Below are positions 37,683 through 47,200 of a stretch of DNA of 64,000 bases, piece by piece. The translations under genes and the position numbers were made by a program. The notes under the pieces were generated by a model that was given only the letters and a program-made list of their open reading frames with translations, searched no databases and was not told the origin of the DNA. The stretch's first letter is position 1; each line of letters begins with the position of its first letter. The stretch is taken from the NCBI GenBank assembly GCA_035652655.1, contig DASRDJ010000381.1, forward strand, positions 25,102 through 89,101, read 5' to 3'. Source of the stretch: Terriglobales bacterium. Lineage in GTDB: Bacteria > Acidobacteriota > Terriglobia > Terriglobales > Acidobacteriaceae.

Positions 37683-38783
37683 CTACCAGATGCCCTTGTC
37701 ATTGCCCGTAAATCGGAAGGACACAAATGCAGCGGTCGCAAGAATCGGAAGGATGGCTAGGCGCGCCACCGCTCGAATATTTCGGCTGCGCCCATTCTCT
37801 GCGAGTTGCAGCATGTAGAGGTTCGCCGCCTCCGGCATGAGGGGCACACGCACGAATTTGCGATCGACATATGTGCGATCAGAAACGAATTTGGTTGCCG
37901 CAGTAACCAGAGGCGGGAGAGAGACAGATCCTCCACCAAAACGCACACCATGTTCGCAGACGATGGTCAACAGCGTAGCCACGCCCGGCCACACAGAACT
38001 CTCGGACGCGAGATCTTTCAGTTTCTCGAAGTTTATGGCGTTACGTCTTACCGCGCCAAAAATGTTAACGATATCCGTCAGACGAATGTAGTAGTGGCGA
38101 TACATTCGCTGCAGCGTGGCGATGATAATCCTGTCCTCTTGGGTCGGAATCGGGAGAGTATAGTCGCCGAATCGCGCTTTCACTCGCCTCGACAACACAC
38201 CCTCGGCAAGTCTTTCCTGCTCGCCCGTTTGTCCTAGACAACCAATGTGGATTTCTACCAACTCGCCGAGCCCGGGCACAGTGAAGTTGAATTTATGGGC
38301 CAGGCGATCTCCCCAGCTCTGGGTTTGGCGAACGGCGCCGAAATCCTTTTCAAGCGCTGCGCATATCTCGTGATCGTCGCCAGACGCCAGCAGGTCTACG
38401 TCACTTCCAGTATCTGGCCAATGATCGAGCGTCTTCATGGCTAGTACTACATAACCCTTCCTGTGAAGGGAGCGCAAAATTTTGTCCAACATGGCAAGCA
38501 GGTTTTGAGAACGGTCGCGTTCTGTCTGCAGCCTCGACCGCAACACTTGGGATGCGCCCTGGCGAGCGGCAACAAAGTAAGGTTCCAGGATTTCGAGTGA
38601 GCGACGCAGCACGCGCTGGTTCGTCGACCGATCCAATAGATTTTCGACGGCCGGGGTAGGGAGGCGACGGACATGCGCGAGGGTATCTTCGAATTTCTCC
38701 TGATTGCCGCCCACTTGGGACGCCAGGAGAATTGTGCCCAGTATCTCAAGCGTCTGCTGATTCTCAGAATCACTTTTTGGCAT
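37683..38783 (-). CDS. uncharacterised nucleotidyltransferase family protein (PF14907-like)
   Basis: GYVVLAMKTLDHWPDTGSDVDLLASGDD (G-S-D-x-D NTase core). ATG at 38783 overlaps the upstream stop by 14 nt. The track ORF extends to 38837. Confidence 0.65.
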   Translation of the reverse strand: MPKSDSENQQTLEILGTILLASQVGGNQEKFEDTLAHVRRLPTPAVENLLDRSTNQRVLRRSLEILEPYFVAARQGASQVLRSRLQTERDRSQNLLAMLDKILRSLHRKGYVVLAMKTLDHWPDTGSDVDLLASGDDHEICAALEKDFGAVRQTQSWGDRLAHKFNFTVPGLGELVEIHIGCLGQTGEQERLAEGVLSRRVKARFGDYTLPIPTQEDRIIIATLQRMYRHYYIRLTDIVNIFGAVRRNAINFEKLKDLASESSVWPGVATLLTIVCEHGVRFGGGSVSLPPLVTAATKFVSDRTYVDRKFVRVPLMPEAANLYMLQLAENGRSRNIRAVARLAILPILATAAFVSFRFTGNDKGIW

Positions 38784-39768
38784 GGATGCTTTTGTCCTCG
38801 GCCTTCGGTGGAGAACGGTCGCAACGAGCGAGACCATTCTCGATGGCTGTACCTTCTTCGTAATCGTTCCAAGTTGCGATCATCACAAAAGGCATCGGGT
38901 GATCGGCGTCGTTGTTTTCCGCAAAGACCCGAAGCGTGTCTTGTAGCGTCTTGCCGCAGCGCTGGTCGATACGGCGATTAAGGCTCCAGGATGCTTTTGA
39001 GTCATCGAAGCCAGGCCAGACAGTCCCAACTGTAATCTGATCGCTTCCCTTGGAGCGCATCTTCTTGTAGAAGTTTTGCAGATAGTCTTCTCCCCATTCG
39101 CTTCCGTCGGTCGCCCACCCTTTCGGCCCGGGATGCACCCATGCGTATTGGCCGTCAAAGGCAGACGAATACTGTGGCGGAGGATTGTCCTTGTAGATAA
39201 GGAGTGGCGGGGACTCCCAATGACTCACCATGTCCCGGACTTGTTTCCAGTCCGTGTTGCCTCTTTTTGGGAAGATAAAGACTACCGGGCGGCCTTTGTA
39301 TAGAAGGTAGGCGTCCCGCCCGGACGCTTGCGGTCCGATGTATTTCGAGTATGCAGTCGAGAAGGCGTCTAGAGCATCCTCGGTCGCGTGGCCGTCGTCT
39401 TCTTCCGTTTCGTCGTACATCAGCGCTACGTGAAAGTGTTCCTGGCTCGCCATCTGCTGGATGAGGGCGTAGCTGCGATCGAGAAAGGGGTGCCGCGCGC
39501 CATACCAGTCGACAGCAAATGCGTAGATGCCAAGACCCTTCGCTTCCTGAATCTGCTTGCGAATTACCGCAGGGTCGTTGCTGTTGTAGCCGACTTGAAC
39601 ATGATCGGTGTCGCCGAACCACGGCTGAAAGGCAGCGATTACCTTGGGTTTTTGATCGCCGCGTGATAAATCTCGAAAGGTAAGGTCGCGAGAACGGTGG
39701 TCACACGAGTTCGGCGCAACCGCGACAGCGATCAGCAGCGAGAGCAAGGTATGTTGATAGAGTCTCAT
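38770..39768 (-). CDS. secreted TIM-barrel glycoside-hydrolase-like protein (GH71/GH99-like)
   Basis: Signal peptide; KGLGIYAFAVDWYG and VMIATWNDYEEGTAIENG resemble the WND(Y)xE motif of GH71/GH99-like families. Family not resolved by eye. Confidence 0.6.
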   Translation of the reverse strand: MRLYQHTLLSLLIAVAVAPNSCDHRSRDLTFRDLSRGDQKPKVIAAFQPWFGDTDHVQVGYNSNDPAVIRKQIQEAKGLGIYAFAVDWYGARHPFLDRSYALIQQMASQEHFHVALMYDETEEDDGHATEDALDAFSTAYSKYIGPQASGRDAYLLYKGRPVVFIFPKRGNTDWKQVRDMVSHWESPPLLIYKDNPPPQYSSAFDGQYAWVHPGPKGWATDGSEWGEDYLQNFYKKMRSKGSDQITVGTVWPGFDDSKASWSLNRRIDQRCGKTLQDTLRVFAENNDADHPMPFVMIATWNDYEEGTAIENGLARCDRSPPKAEDKSIHAKK

Positions 39769-39820
39769 CGGTCAAGGTTGATGAATGCATAACGCTCTTT
39801 CGAAAGAGACGATGTCGCAA

Positions 39821-40366
39821 TCAGAAAACGTTATCCCCCACTGATTGCAGATACCTTACGTACCATCGGTCGCTGCCCGGAGTCATGAGGACCAGATACT
39901 TGTGCGTCGATGTAGACGTGGAAATGAGTTTGTCGCCATCAAACACTCGAACTTCCAATTGAGCCTGATCTTCGAGTTGCATTTCCCCACCGTCCAGGGA
40001 GTAGAAGACCGCCTTAACTTTGTGTCCACCATCGGAGTACTGGGTGCGGAGTTTCGAGGTCTTTTGTTCCGCGACACGGAGCGCGAGTCGACGTTTTGCC
40101 TCGCCCACGAAATAGTCGTCCAGCAGATCGGTGCGGTTGGCATCCATGCAAACCGCGAGATCTTGCCAGGCCTGCGCATAGTCGTGCGCCACTGCCGCTC
40201 CGGTACGTTCCTCGATTGGTCGCGGCGCCAGAGAATCGGCGGAGAGAGTCACTCGTGGTAACGCGGACGCCGCGAAAACTACGACCGTCAGACAGAAAAT
40301 TGCGACACTGACGATGCCGACAAGCATCAGCAAGAACCAACCGACATGGCGAGGCCGGGCAATCAC
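39821..40366 (-). CDS. membrane-anchored hypothetical protein
   Basis: GTG at 40366 overlaps the upstream TGA (GTGA). N-terminal TM (WFLLMLVGIVSVAIFCLTVVVFAA) followed by a roughly 130-aa alpha+beta domain. Confidence 0.6.
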   Translation of the reverse strand: MIARPRHVGWFLLMLVGIVSVAIFCLTVVVFAASALPRVTLSADSLAPRPIEERTGAAVAHDYAQAWQDLAVCMDANRTDLLDDYFVGEAKRRLALRVAEQKTSKLRTQYSDGGHKVKAVFYSLDGGEMQLEDQAQLEVRVFDGDKLISTSTSTHKYLVLMTPGSDRWYVRYLQSVGDNVF

Positions 40367-41244
40367 TGTCGACCTCCCCAAGCAATTTCGTTTCCCACAA
40401 CCACTCCGCAGGCGACAGAGATTCGAGCGGGGCCTGAAACGGAGAATTGAGCGACCGCGCGATCTTTCTTGATCGGCGTATCAACGGTGCTCTTCCCGGC
40501 GCCGTCTATCTTTGTGAACGAGACGATCGTACCGTCGGGGAGCGGATTGCCTTTGCAGTCGCGAATCGGATCGGTTTGCAGAGTGATCGTTGTGCCGGCA
40601 GGAACCGCTGTCATTCGCAATCCACAGGCTTCCGATGCAACTTGCTGGATTACCCTTGGCTCAGTGGTGTCGTCAAGTTTCGCATTTACCTCAAGTGTTC
40701 CTTGGCTCGCTCGCGAGTCCATTTGAAAGGAAGCAATTCCAAGAACCGTAGGGACAGTTTTTTCGATTGGTTTCTCCCCAGCGGGTGAGATTCGAAACGT
40801 TACGTCTGCCGGTGCGAGAACCACGTTACTGTGTTGGTCAAAAGCGATGGCAGTGGCGTTCACTGCGTTGCGTGTCGAGACCGGGACCCTGGAAGGGTGG
40901 AGCAAGAAGCCCAGGCGCTTAGCTGGAGCCGGTCGCACCTCTAGATTCTTCGTTGCGCAACTCCCCCCAGCACACACCACGACTTGATAGATTCCCGACG
41001 ACGAAACATCATCGCCCGAAATCGAAGCGTCTTTGCCAAACTCGATTTCGCGTCTCAGAGCGCGGCTCGGTCCTAGAAGGTAGAGCGTACCTCTACCTTG
41101 GCCCCTAACTGAGATGGCAAATGGGCTACCGGCGGATACAGTGGCTGGGACGCGCAGAGCCGGTTCTTGCGCGCTCAAGAAGGTGGATAGAGTCGCGAGG
41201 AACAATCCGTAAGACCACCATTGGGGAGTACGCAGGGGCATCAT
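40363..41244 (-). CDS. secreted beta-rich hypothetical protein
   Basis: Signal peptide MMPLRTPQWWSYGLFLATLSTFLSAQ. ATGA overlap with the upstream gene. Confidence 0.65.
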   Translation of the reverse strand: MMPLRTPQWWSYGLFLATLSTFLSAQEPALRVPATVSAGSPFAISVRGQGRGTLYLLGPSRALRREIEFGKDASISGDDVSSSGIYQVVVCAGGSCATKNLEVRPAPAKRLGFLLHPSRVPVSTRNAVNATAIAFDQHSNVVLAPADVTFRISPAGEKPIEKTVPTVLGIASFQMDSRASQGTLEVNAKLDDTTEPRVIQQVASEACGLRMTAVPAGTTITLQTDPIRDCKGNPLPDGTIVSFTKIDGAGKSTVDTPIKKDRAVAQFSVSGPARISVACGVVVGNEIAWGGRQ

Positions 41245-42344
41245 GCACTCGGGGCAGTGTAGTGATTCACGGCAACGTGGTAGTCATGCATGCGGTTGGC
41301 GACATCTGCGGGAATGTCTACCGCGAAGGGAACCGGAGCCTGGGGTTGCAATGCCTGGTCGACGTACCCGTCCGAGACCCAAATGGCCTTGCCGCTCGTA
41401 TCGTAGAAGACCGCCAGAACCTGGGCAATGTTCACAATTTGACCGCTCTGATTGACCAATGAGCCTTTTAAGATCGATCTCCCGAGGGCATCTTTGCTGA
41501 CGGACTGGTTCTCAACCGAGATCACTGGGTCAGCGCTTGCTGGGATGAGTAAGGGGTGAGCGTCGATCCTGACACTCTTCACTTGGCTCAGTCGGGCGCC
41601 GGGAAAGTCAATTCGGTAAGGCGAGACTTGCTTGGGCAGCAAACTATGAGAGATCGCATCAAAACTGTCTTGCTGCGCAAGCACCGAACCATCTGACTTT
41701 AGAAGAGCGGCACTGATATTGAGGTACGCTGGAACCGTATCCTCGTTTTCGACTTCTCCCACGACTACAACACTGTCGGGGCGCTCCACGGCGTTCATCG
41801 AGAGGATTCGCACTTGGGGAGAATCAACGGTGGCGGTGCCCCAATCATCGGATCTTCTTCCCACAACATCCCAGCGCAGATAGTTAACAGGGAGAACGTG
41901 CAACGGAACCTTAGCGAAGTTCGGCCTGGGCCAAACGACTTTCCATGCATCTCCACTGCGCACGACCTGAAGATCCCGTACCTCCGCCAGGGAGCCGACG
42001 GCACTGGACCAGTTCAAGCGCACGCGAAGCATCGCTTGGCCAGCACTCGCATGAACTGGCCAGATGTCGAAGCTTTGAAGATTCGAGTAGGTTCGCAAGC
42101 TCCCGTCGGCGCCTGCAATCTCGCGAACGAAATCCGCCTGCTGCAAGTCATTGGAGTGGTCGAGCCCGCGGTAGGCTCGATCCCAATCACGTGCTTGAAT
42201 GCTCGCCATGAGCGCTCGGACGGCTTCGTCGGGAGTGCGGCCGCTGCGTTCAGCTTGAATTTTCAGGCCACCAGCTTGCAGCCAGCCAGCCGCCAGTAGA
42301 GCAGCAGTCAGGACCACGATCAGTATTGCGAGCCCACGTTTCAC
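41241..42344 (-). CDS. membrane-anchored hypothetical protein with a duplicated beta-sandwich-like module
   Basis: N-terminal TM and GTGA overlap with the upstream gene. Two similar modules: VVVVGEVENEDTVPAYLNISAALLKSDGSVLAQQDSF...VSPYRIDFP and ILKGSLVNQSGQIVNIAQVLAVFYDTSGKAIWVSDGY...PVPFAVDIP. Confidence 0.65.
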   Translation of the reverse strand: MKRGLAILIVVLTAALLAAGWLQAGGLKIQAERSGRTPDEAVRALMASIQARDWDRAYRGLDHSNDLQQADFVREIAGADGSLRTYSNLQSFDIWPVHASAGQAMLRVRLNWSSAVGSLAEVRDLQVVRSGDAWKVVWPRPNFAKVPLHVLPVNYLRWDVVGRRSDDWGTATVDSPQVRILSMNAVERPDSVVVVGEVENEDTVPAYLNISAALLKSDGSVLAQQDSFDAISHSLLPKQVSPYRIDFPGARLSQVKSVRIDAHPLLIPASADPVISVENQSVSKDALGRSILKGSLVNQSGQIVNIAQVLAVFYDTSGKAIWVSDGYVDQALQPQAPVPFAVDIPADVANRMHDYHVAVNHYTAPSA

Positions 42345-44095
42345 GAGCGCACCTCGTCGGCGTAGGTCCTTTCCTCTACATACGATGGCAACGTTACAAC
42401 GCGAGCTTGCTTAAATGCCTTCTCCGGCAGCAGCAATGCGAAGAGAATCGCGAGAATGCTGCTACCGATCGGCAATGTACCCCACAGCAAGCCTTCCCAA
42501 GGAGTCGGCATCGTGTCGGAAGTGACTTTACGAGCGGGAGGCACGTCGTCTTTTGACCAAGCTGTGATGGCACCTGAGTCATACGTTTCAATCTGACGCC
42601 ATCCTGCGAAGACGAGAAGTGGATTGTAGTACGGGTCGTGAACAAAAATGAATTTCAATCCATAGCGGTTGGCGTGCTGCAACATCTCTCGCAGAGAATC
42701 CATTCCCGCGGCGCCGAAGAACTTTGCGCTTGTGAGCTGAGCGGAACCATAGCGCGTCATCTCAGGCAACAGCCGAGCCGAATTGTACTCGCCGTCGACG
42801 CTGGTCGCGGTTGAGTACGTAGCGACCTTAGACATCGAGTTACCGAATCCCAAGGTCAGGTACCGGTATTGATCGTGACCGTCACGGTTGAGGAAATTCA
42901 CGACCGCATCAACGTTCAGGCCGCCGCTGGTGTGGAAGGGACTCCAATTGAGCCACCCGAGGGCTAGGGACATAGTGAATACCGCTGCCGCGGCAAGGGC
43001 GAACGCACCGACGTCGCGGAATCGCTTGACCATGTCTTCCGCGACAGCTCCCACAATAGGCAAGGCCAACAACGTCGCCCAAAGCGTGAAACGCTCAAAC
43101 GTCAAAATCTCGAAAGCTCGGCCAAAGAGCAGTCGTGGCAGAGGCGTCGTGCCACCCAGACCCAACAGGAAAGCGATCCAGAACGCGATCAGCAAGATCC
43201 TGAGCCGCGGCACTGACGCACCTTTGATAACGACGAAAGGCAGCGCAAGGATCATCGCTCCATAGGGAACGACGAAATAATTCACGCCGTGAACCCAGTT
43301 CATCAGATAGTTCAAGCGGCTCCCGTGGGGAATCGGCATCTGTTCGATCGGGTGTCGGATGATCGCTATCCAGTAGGGAAGAAGAACAATCCCAACGCCG
43401 ACAATCGTTAAGAGAACGAACACCAGCCCTCGGCCCAGAACGGCAGATCCGCTTTTCTCTTCAGATCGCGCATCGGACCAGGCAAGCCAGAGCACGGGCG
43501 CCGCGAACAGAACCGATCCAAACAAGAGTGTGACGTGGTGGGCAGAGGCTGCCGCAAGCCCGAGCACAAGCCCCTTGAGCAATGCCCGCCACGAGCCCAA
43601 ACGGGACCACTCATAAAAATAGGGAAGCGCCAACAGGTAGAGCGGGGCGGAGAGCGTTGTCGGCAGTTGGCCGGCCGAATAAACGAGAAAGGAGACTGTG
43701 CCGGCAAAGACGGAAAGAAGTGCGGCTAAACTCGCTGCCCCATCGTCAACCCAAAGCCGAGCGAAACGCCAGGTGCCGACCGCAATCAGAATCACCGCAA
43801 TCAACTGCACCAACATGAACGCTTCTGTGAGCCCGACAACGTGCGCAAGCAAGGCGATCCATTGATGAGTTAAGGGCGGATAGGTTGTCTGCGAGAATCC
43901 CGCGAACCACTTCTCATTCCACGGATTGAACCAGTGCTGCGCGTAGTGGGAGCCGAAGAAAATATGCAGATTGCAGTCGTAAGAAGTTGTGGCGGGGAGT
44001 TCCATCAGAAGCAGGGGCCCGTGAATCACGATCGCAACGAGCACAATCATCGACAACGGGATCGGCCGCTGCAGATAGCTTCTGGTTGTTGTCAA
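42341..44095 (-). CDS. polytopic membrane protein, putative GT-C-fold glycosyltransferase (COG5617/YfhO/PMT-like)
   Basis: More than 10 TM segments. First-loop pattern SYDCNLHIFFGSHYAQHWFNPWNEKWFAGFSQTTYPPLTHQW and a roughly 150-aa soluble C-terminal domain. TTG start at 44095 (alternative ATG at 44050). Confidence 0.65.
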   Translation of the reverse strand: MTTTRSYLQRPIPLSMIVLVAIVIHGPLLLMELPATTSYDCNLHIFFGSHYAQHWFNPWNEKWFAGFSQTTYPPLTHQWIALLAHVVGLTEAFMLVQLIAVILIAVGTWRFARLWVDDGAASLAALLSVFAGTVSFLVYSAGQLPTTLSAPLYLLALPYFYEWSRLGSWRALLKGLVLGLAAASAHHVTLLFGSVLFAAPVLWLAWSDARSEEKSGSAVLGRGLVFVLLTIVGVGIVLLPYWIAIIRHPIEQMPIPHGSRLNYLMNWVHGVNYFVVPYGAMILALPFVVIKGASVPRLRILLIAFWIAFLLGLGGTTPLPRLLFGRAFEILTFERFTLWATLLALPIVGAVAEDMVKRFRDVGAFALAAAAVFTMSLALGWLNWSPFHTSGGLNVDAVVNFLNRDGHDQYRYLTLGFGNSMSKVATYSTATSVDGEYNSARLLPEMTRYGSAQLTSAKFFGAAGMDSLREMLQHANRYGLKFIFVHDPYYNPLLVFAGWRQIETYDSGAITAWSKDDVPPARKVTSDTMPTPWEGLLWGTLPIGSSILAILFALLLPEKAFKQARVVTLPSYVEERTYADEVRS

Positions 44096-44288
44096 TGCCT
44101 ACGGCTCCTTGGAAAGCGGTAAAACCGATCATTGGATTCGGGAGCATCTCCGTAGGGTTGGATCAAAAACCGCTGAGACTTCGATAGATCTCCGTGATTC
44201 GCCTGATATCCGGTCCAACCGCCGCCGACAGTCCGGGCATCAGAGAGACGCTGGACGCCAATCTTCAGGAGGTTGCAAACGCGGGCCC

Positions 44289-47200
44289 TTGGTTTACCTG
44301 CCTCACAAGTCGCGGAGATTTGTGTGCCTTGCGATGCTTCTATTCATCGGCGGCACAACTTCGCTGTGGGCGCAGACTTTCGAGGTCGGGTCTCCGGACA
44401 ATAGCCAACCCAATCACCAGCATCAAAAAGCACAACCACATCAACCATCGTCCGACTCAGGAATGGGCTGGGGATCGAGTATTGAGGTAGCACGAGAAGC
44501 ACGCGCCGCGCGCGAAGCCTTGCAACGAAATGAGAACAGGTCGGCAGCCGCGCACGCTGCACGTGCTGCCAAGGCCGCACCGCAGAATCCTGATCTCTGG
44601 TTCCTCTATGCGTACGCGGCCCGATTGGCGGGAGACTATCAAGCCTCGGTTAATGCATACACTCGAGGCTTGCAGGCGCGCCCTTCATCGATAGAGGGCC
44701 TTTCCGGTCTCGCGCAAACCTACGCGAAGATGGGGCGCTCAAAAGAAGCAGAGGAAATGCTTAAGCGCGTTCTTGCCGCGAATCCCTCGAGCGACGCCGA
44801 TCTGCGGCTGGCGGGTGAGTTGACGCTCAACACTGATCCGAAGTTGGCTCTGGCTTACCTAAGCCGAGCCGATGCCATCCGCCCCTCGGCCAGAACCGAG
44901 CTGTTGATGGCACGTGCTTACCAGCGCGCTGGAGACCAGAATAAAGCCAAGGAGCTACTTGAGCGCGCCCGCAACCGCGCGCCACGTGATTCAGAGGTGG
45001 TGCGGTCCGTAGCCGCCTACTACCGAGACACAGGTCAGTATGACCTGGCGATCAGTACTCTAAAAAGCCTGCCGTCCGAAGCGCCCTCTTATCTGTCTGA
45101 ACTGGGCTACACATATGAACTCTCAGGCAAACGCGCTGAAGCTGCCGATATATTTCTAAAAGCAGCGAACGCCGCGCCCAGTGAAGTCGAACTACAGCTG
45201 ACGGCTGCGCAGGCCCAGGTAAACGCAAAGCGTGCGAGTCGCGCCGAACCCTTGCTGCAGCGAGTTGAGGCTTCAGCTCCGAGCCATTATCGCCTTCACG
45301 CAATCCGCGGTTCGATCGCCCGCAGCGCTCATGACAATGGCATCGCCATTCGCGAATACCAGACGGCTGTGAGCGCGATGCCAGCGTCGGTGCCCGAAGG
45401 TATGTTGTATCCGATCGCTCTGCGCTTGGAACTTGCTCAGTTATATCGCGAAGCGGGGCGGGCCGAGGAATCGGACAGCCAAGCGGAGACTGCCCGGTCA
45501 GCGCTCAGCCAGTTAGATATTCAAGGGCAGGAGAGGCCGGAGTTTCTTCGATTAAAAGCCGCGAGTGCCATCGATTCCGGTGACTATGCGGAAGCAGAAG
45601 CTGATTTTCACGAGGCACTCCAGTTGCAACCTTCGAACGTGAATGTGCTGCTGAACTACGGCAATCTTCTGCGAAGCACAAAGAGGGGTGCAGATGCCGC
45701 GAAGATGTACGTGAAGGTGCTGGATGTCGACCCCCAGAATGCTCCAGCTCTCGAGTCCCTAGGGTATCTGGCGCGAGAATCGGGCGACCCACAAGCTGCC
45801 GCTGAATACTTCAACAAGCTGAACCGCGTGGATCCCAATGACTACGTGGGCTACCTTGCAATGGGTGACCTGGCAACGGACACGCGGGATTTCAAAGCGG
45901 CACAGGCTAATTACGAGCATGCCTACGCCTTGGCCAAGGACAATCCTCTGATCATTGCGCGGGCGATGAACGCAGCGCTCGAAGATCATCAAATACCAAC
46001 CGCGAAGTACTGGCTAGACCGCGCAAGCGAAACGCAGAGGACGAACCCGGAGGTCATGCGTGAGCATGAACGCTATCTGACTATCACGGGGAACTATCAG
46101 GAGTCCGCAAAACTGGGATACCAGGTAATTCAGAAATTGCCGCGTGATCCGGAAGCACCCGTTTATTTGGCTTACGATCTGCTTTTCATGAATCGTTATG
46201 ACGAAGCGATGGAGATTGTTCGTCGTTTCCAGCCAGTTCTTCCCAAGGATAAGGACCTGCCGCTGATCGCAGGATACGTGCTTGCCCACGAAGGTCAGAA
46301 ACAAGAGGCCGTCAAGGCATTTTCGCGGGCCCTTCAGAACGATCCCAACATGGCGACTGGCTACATGAACCGGGGCTACGTGTGGAACGACATGCGTATG
46401 GCGACCAACGCAGAACAGGACTTTCGCAAGGCGCTGATTTTGCGCCCTGACTATGGTGAAGCGCATTTAGGATTGGCATACTCACTGTTGCAGTTGCGCC
46501 GGCCGCAAGCGGCCCTCAAGGAAGCCGATCTGGCCGAGAAATCACTCGGCGAATCGGGAACAATTCATCTTGCCAGAGCTGAAGCCTACCGGCAGAGATC
46601 GATGTTCGAGAAGGCGGAAGGTGAATATCAGCAGGCCCTCAAGACGCAGACCGGTGATGCCAACATCTACATGGCGCTTGCCGAAACCCAAGTTCGGCTC
46701 CGCGACTATCAGGCGTCCATCACTTCTCTTCAAAAAGCACTCACGATCTCTCCCAACAACCACCTGGCTAGCGCTCAAATGGCAACGTCGTACGCCACAC
46801 TCGGCAATGCACCGAGTGCTCTTCAGGCAGTTGGAAAGGCTGAAAGCGGCGAAGGGAACACTGACTACCGTACCCTACTTGCCACCGCGGGAGCGCTGCA
46901 AATTCTGGGGCAGCGCGATCAGGCGATGGAGCGCTATTCGCGTGCGCTGGACCTCTCAAATGCCGATCGCCTGCACGTCAGACTGGCTTTGGGAAGATTT
47001 TTCGCTCAACAGCACAAGGCTGCAGACGCCCAACAGCAAGTGTCTCTGGGGTTCGCGGAAGCTCGTGTTTCGGATCCAGACATCGTCACGGCTGAGGATT
47101 ATCTGGAGGCCGCCGACATCCTGATGTCGATCAACCAGTTTCCGCTCGCGCAGCAGTTGTTCGCGCGTGCACAGTCCCTGGGAGCCGAGGACGTCACGGT

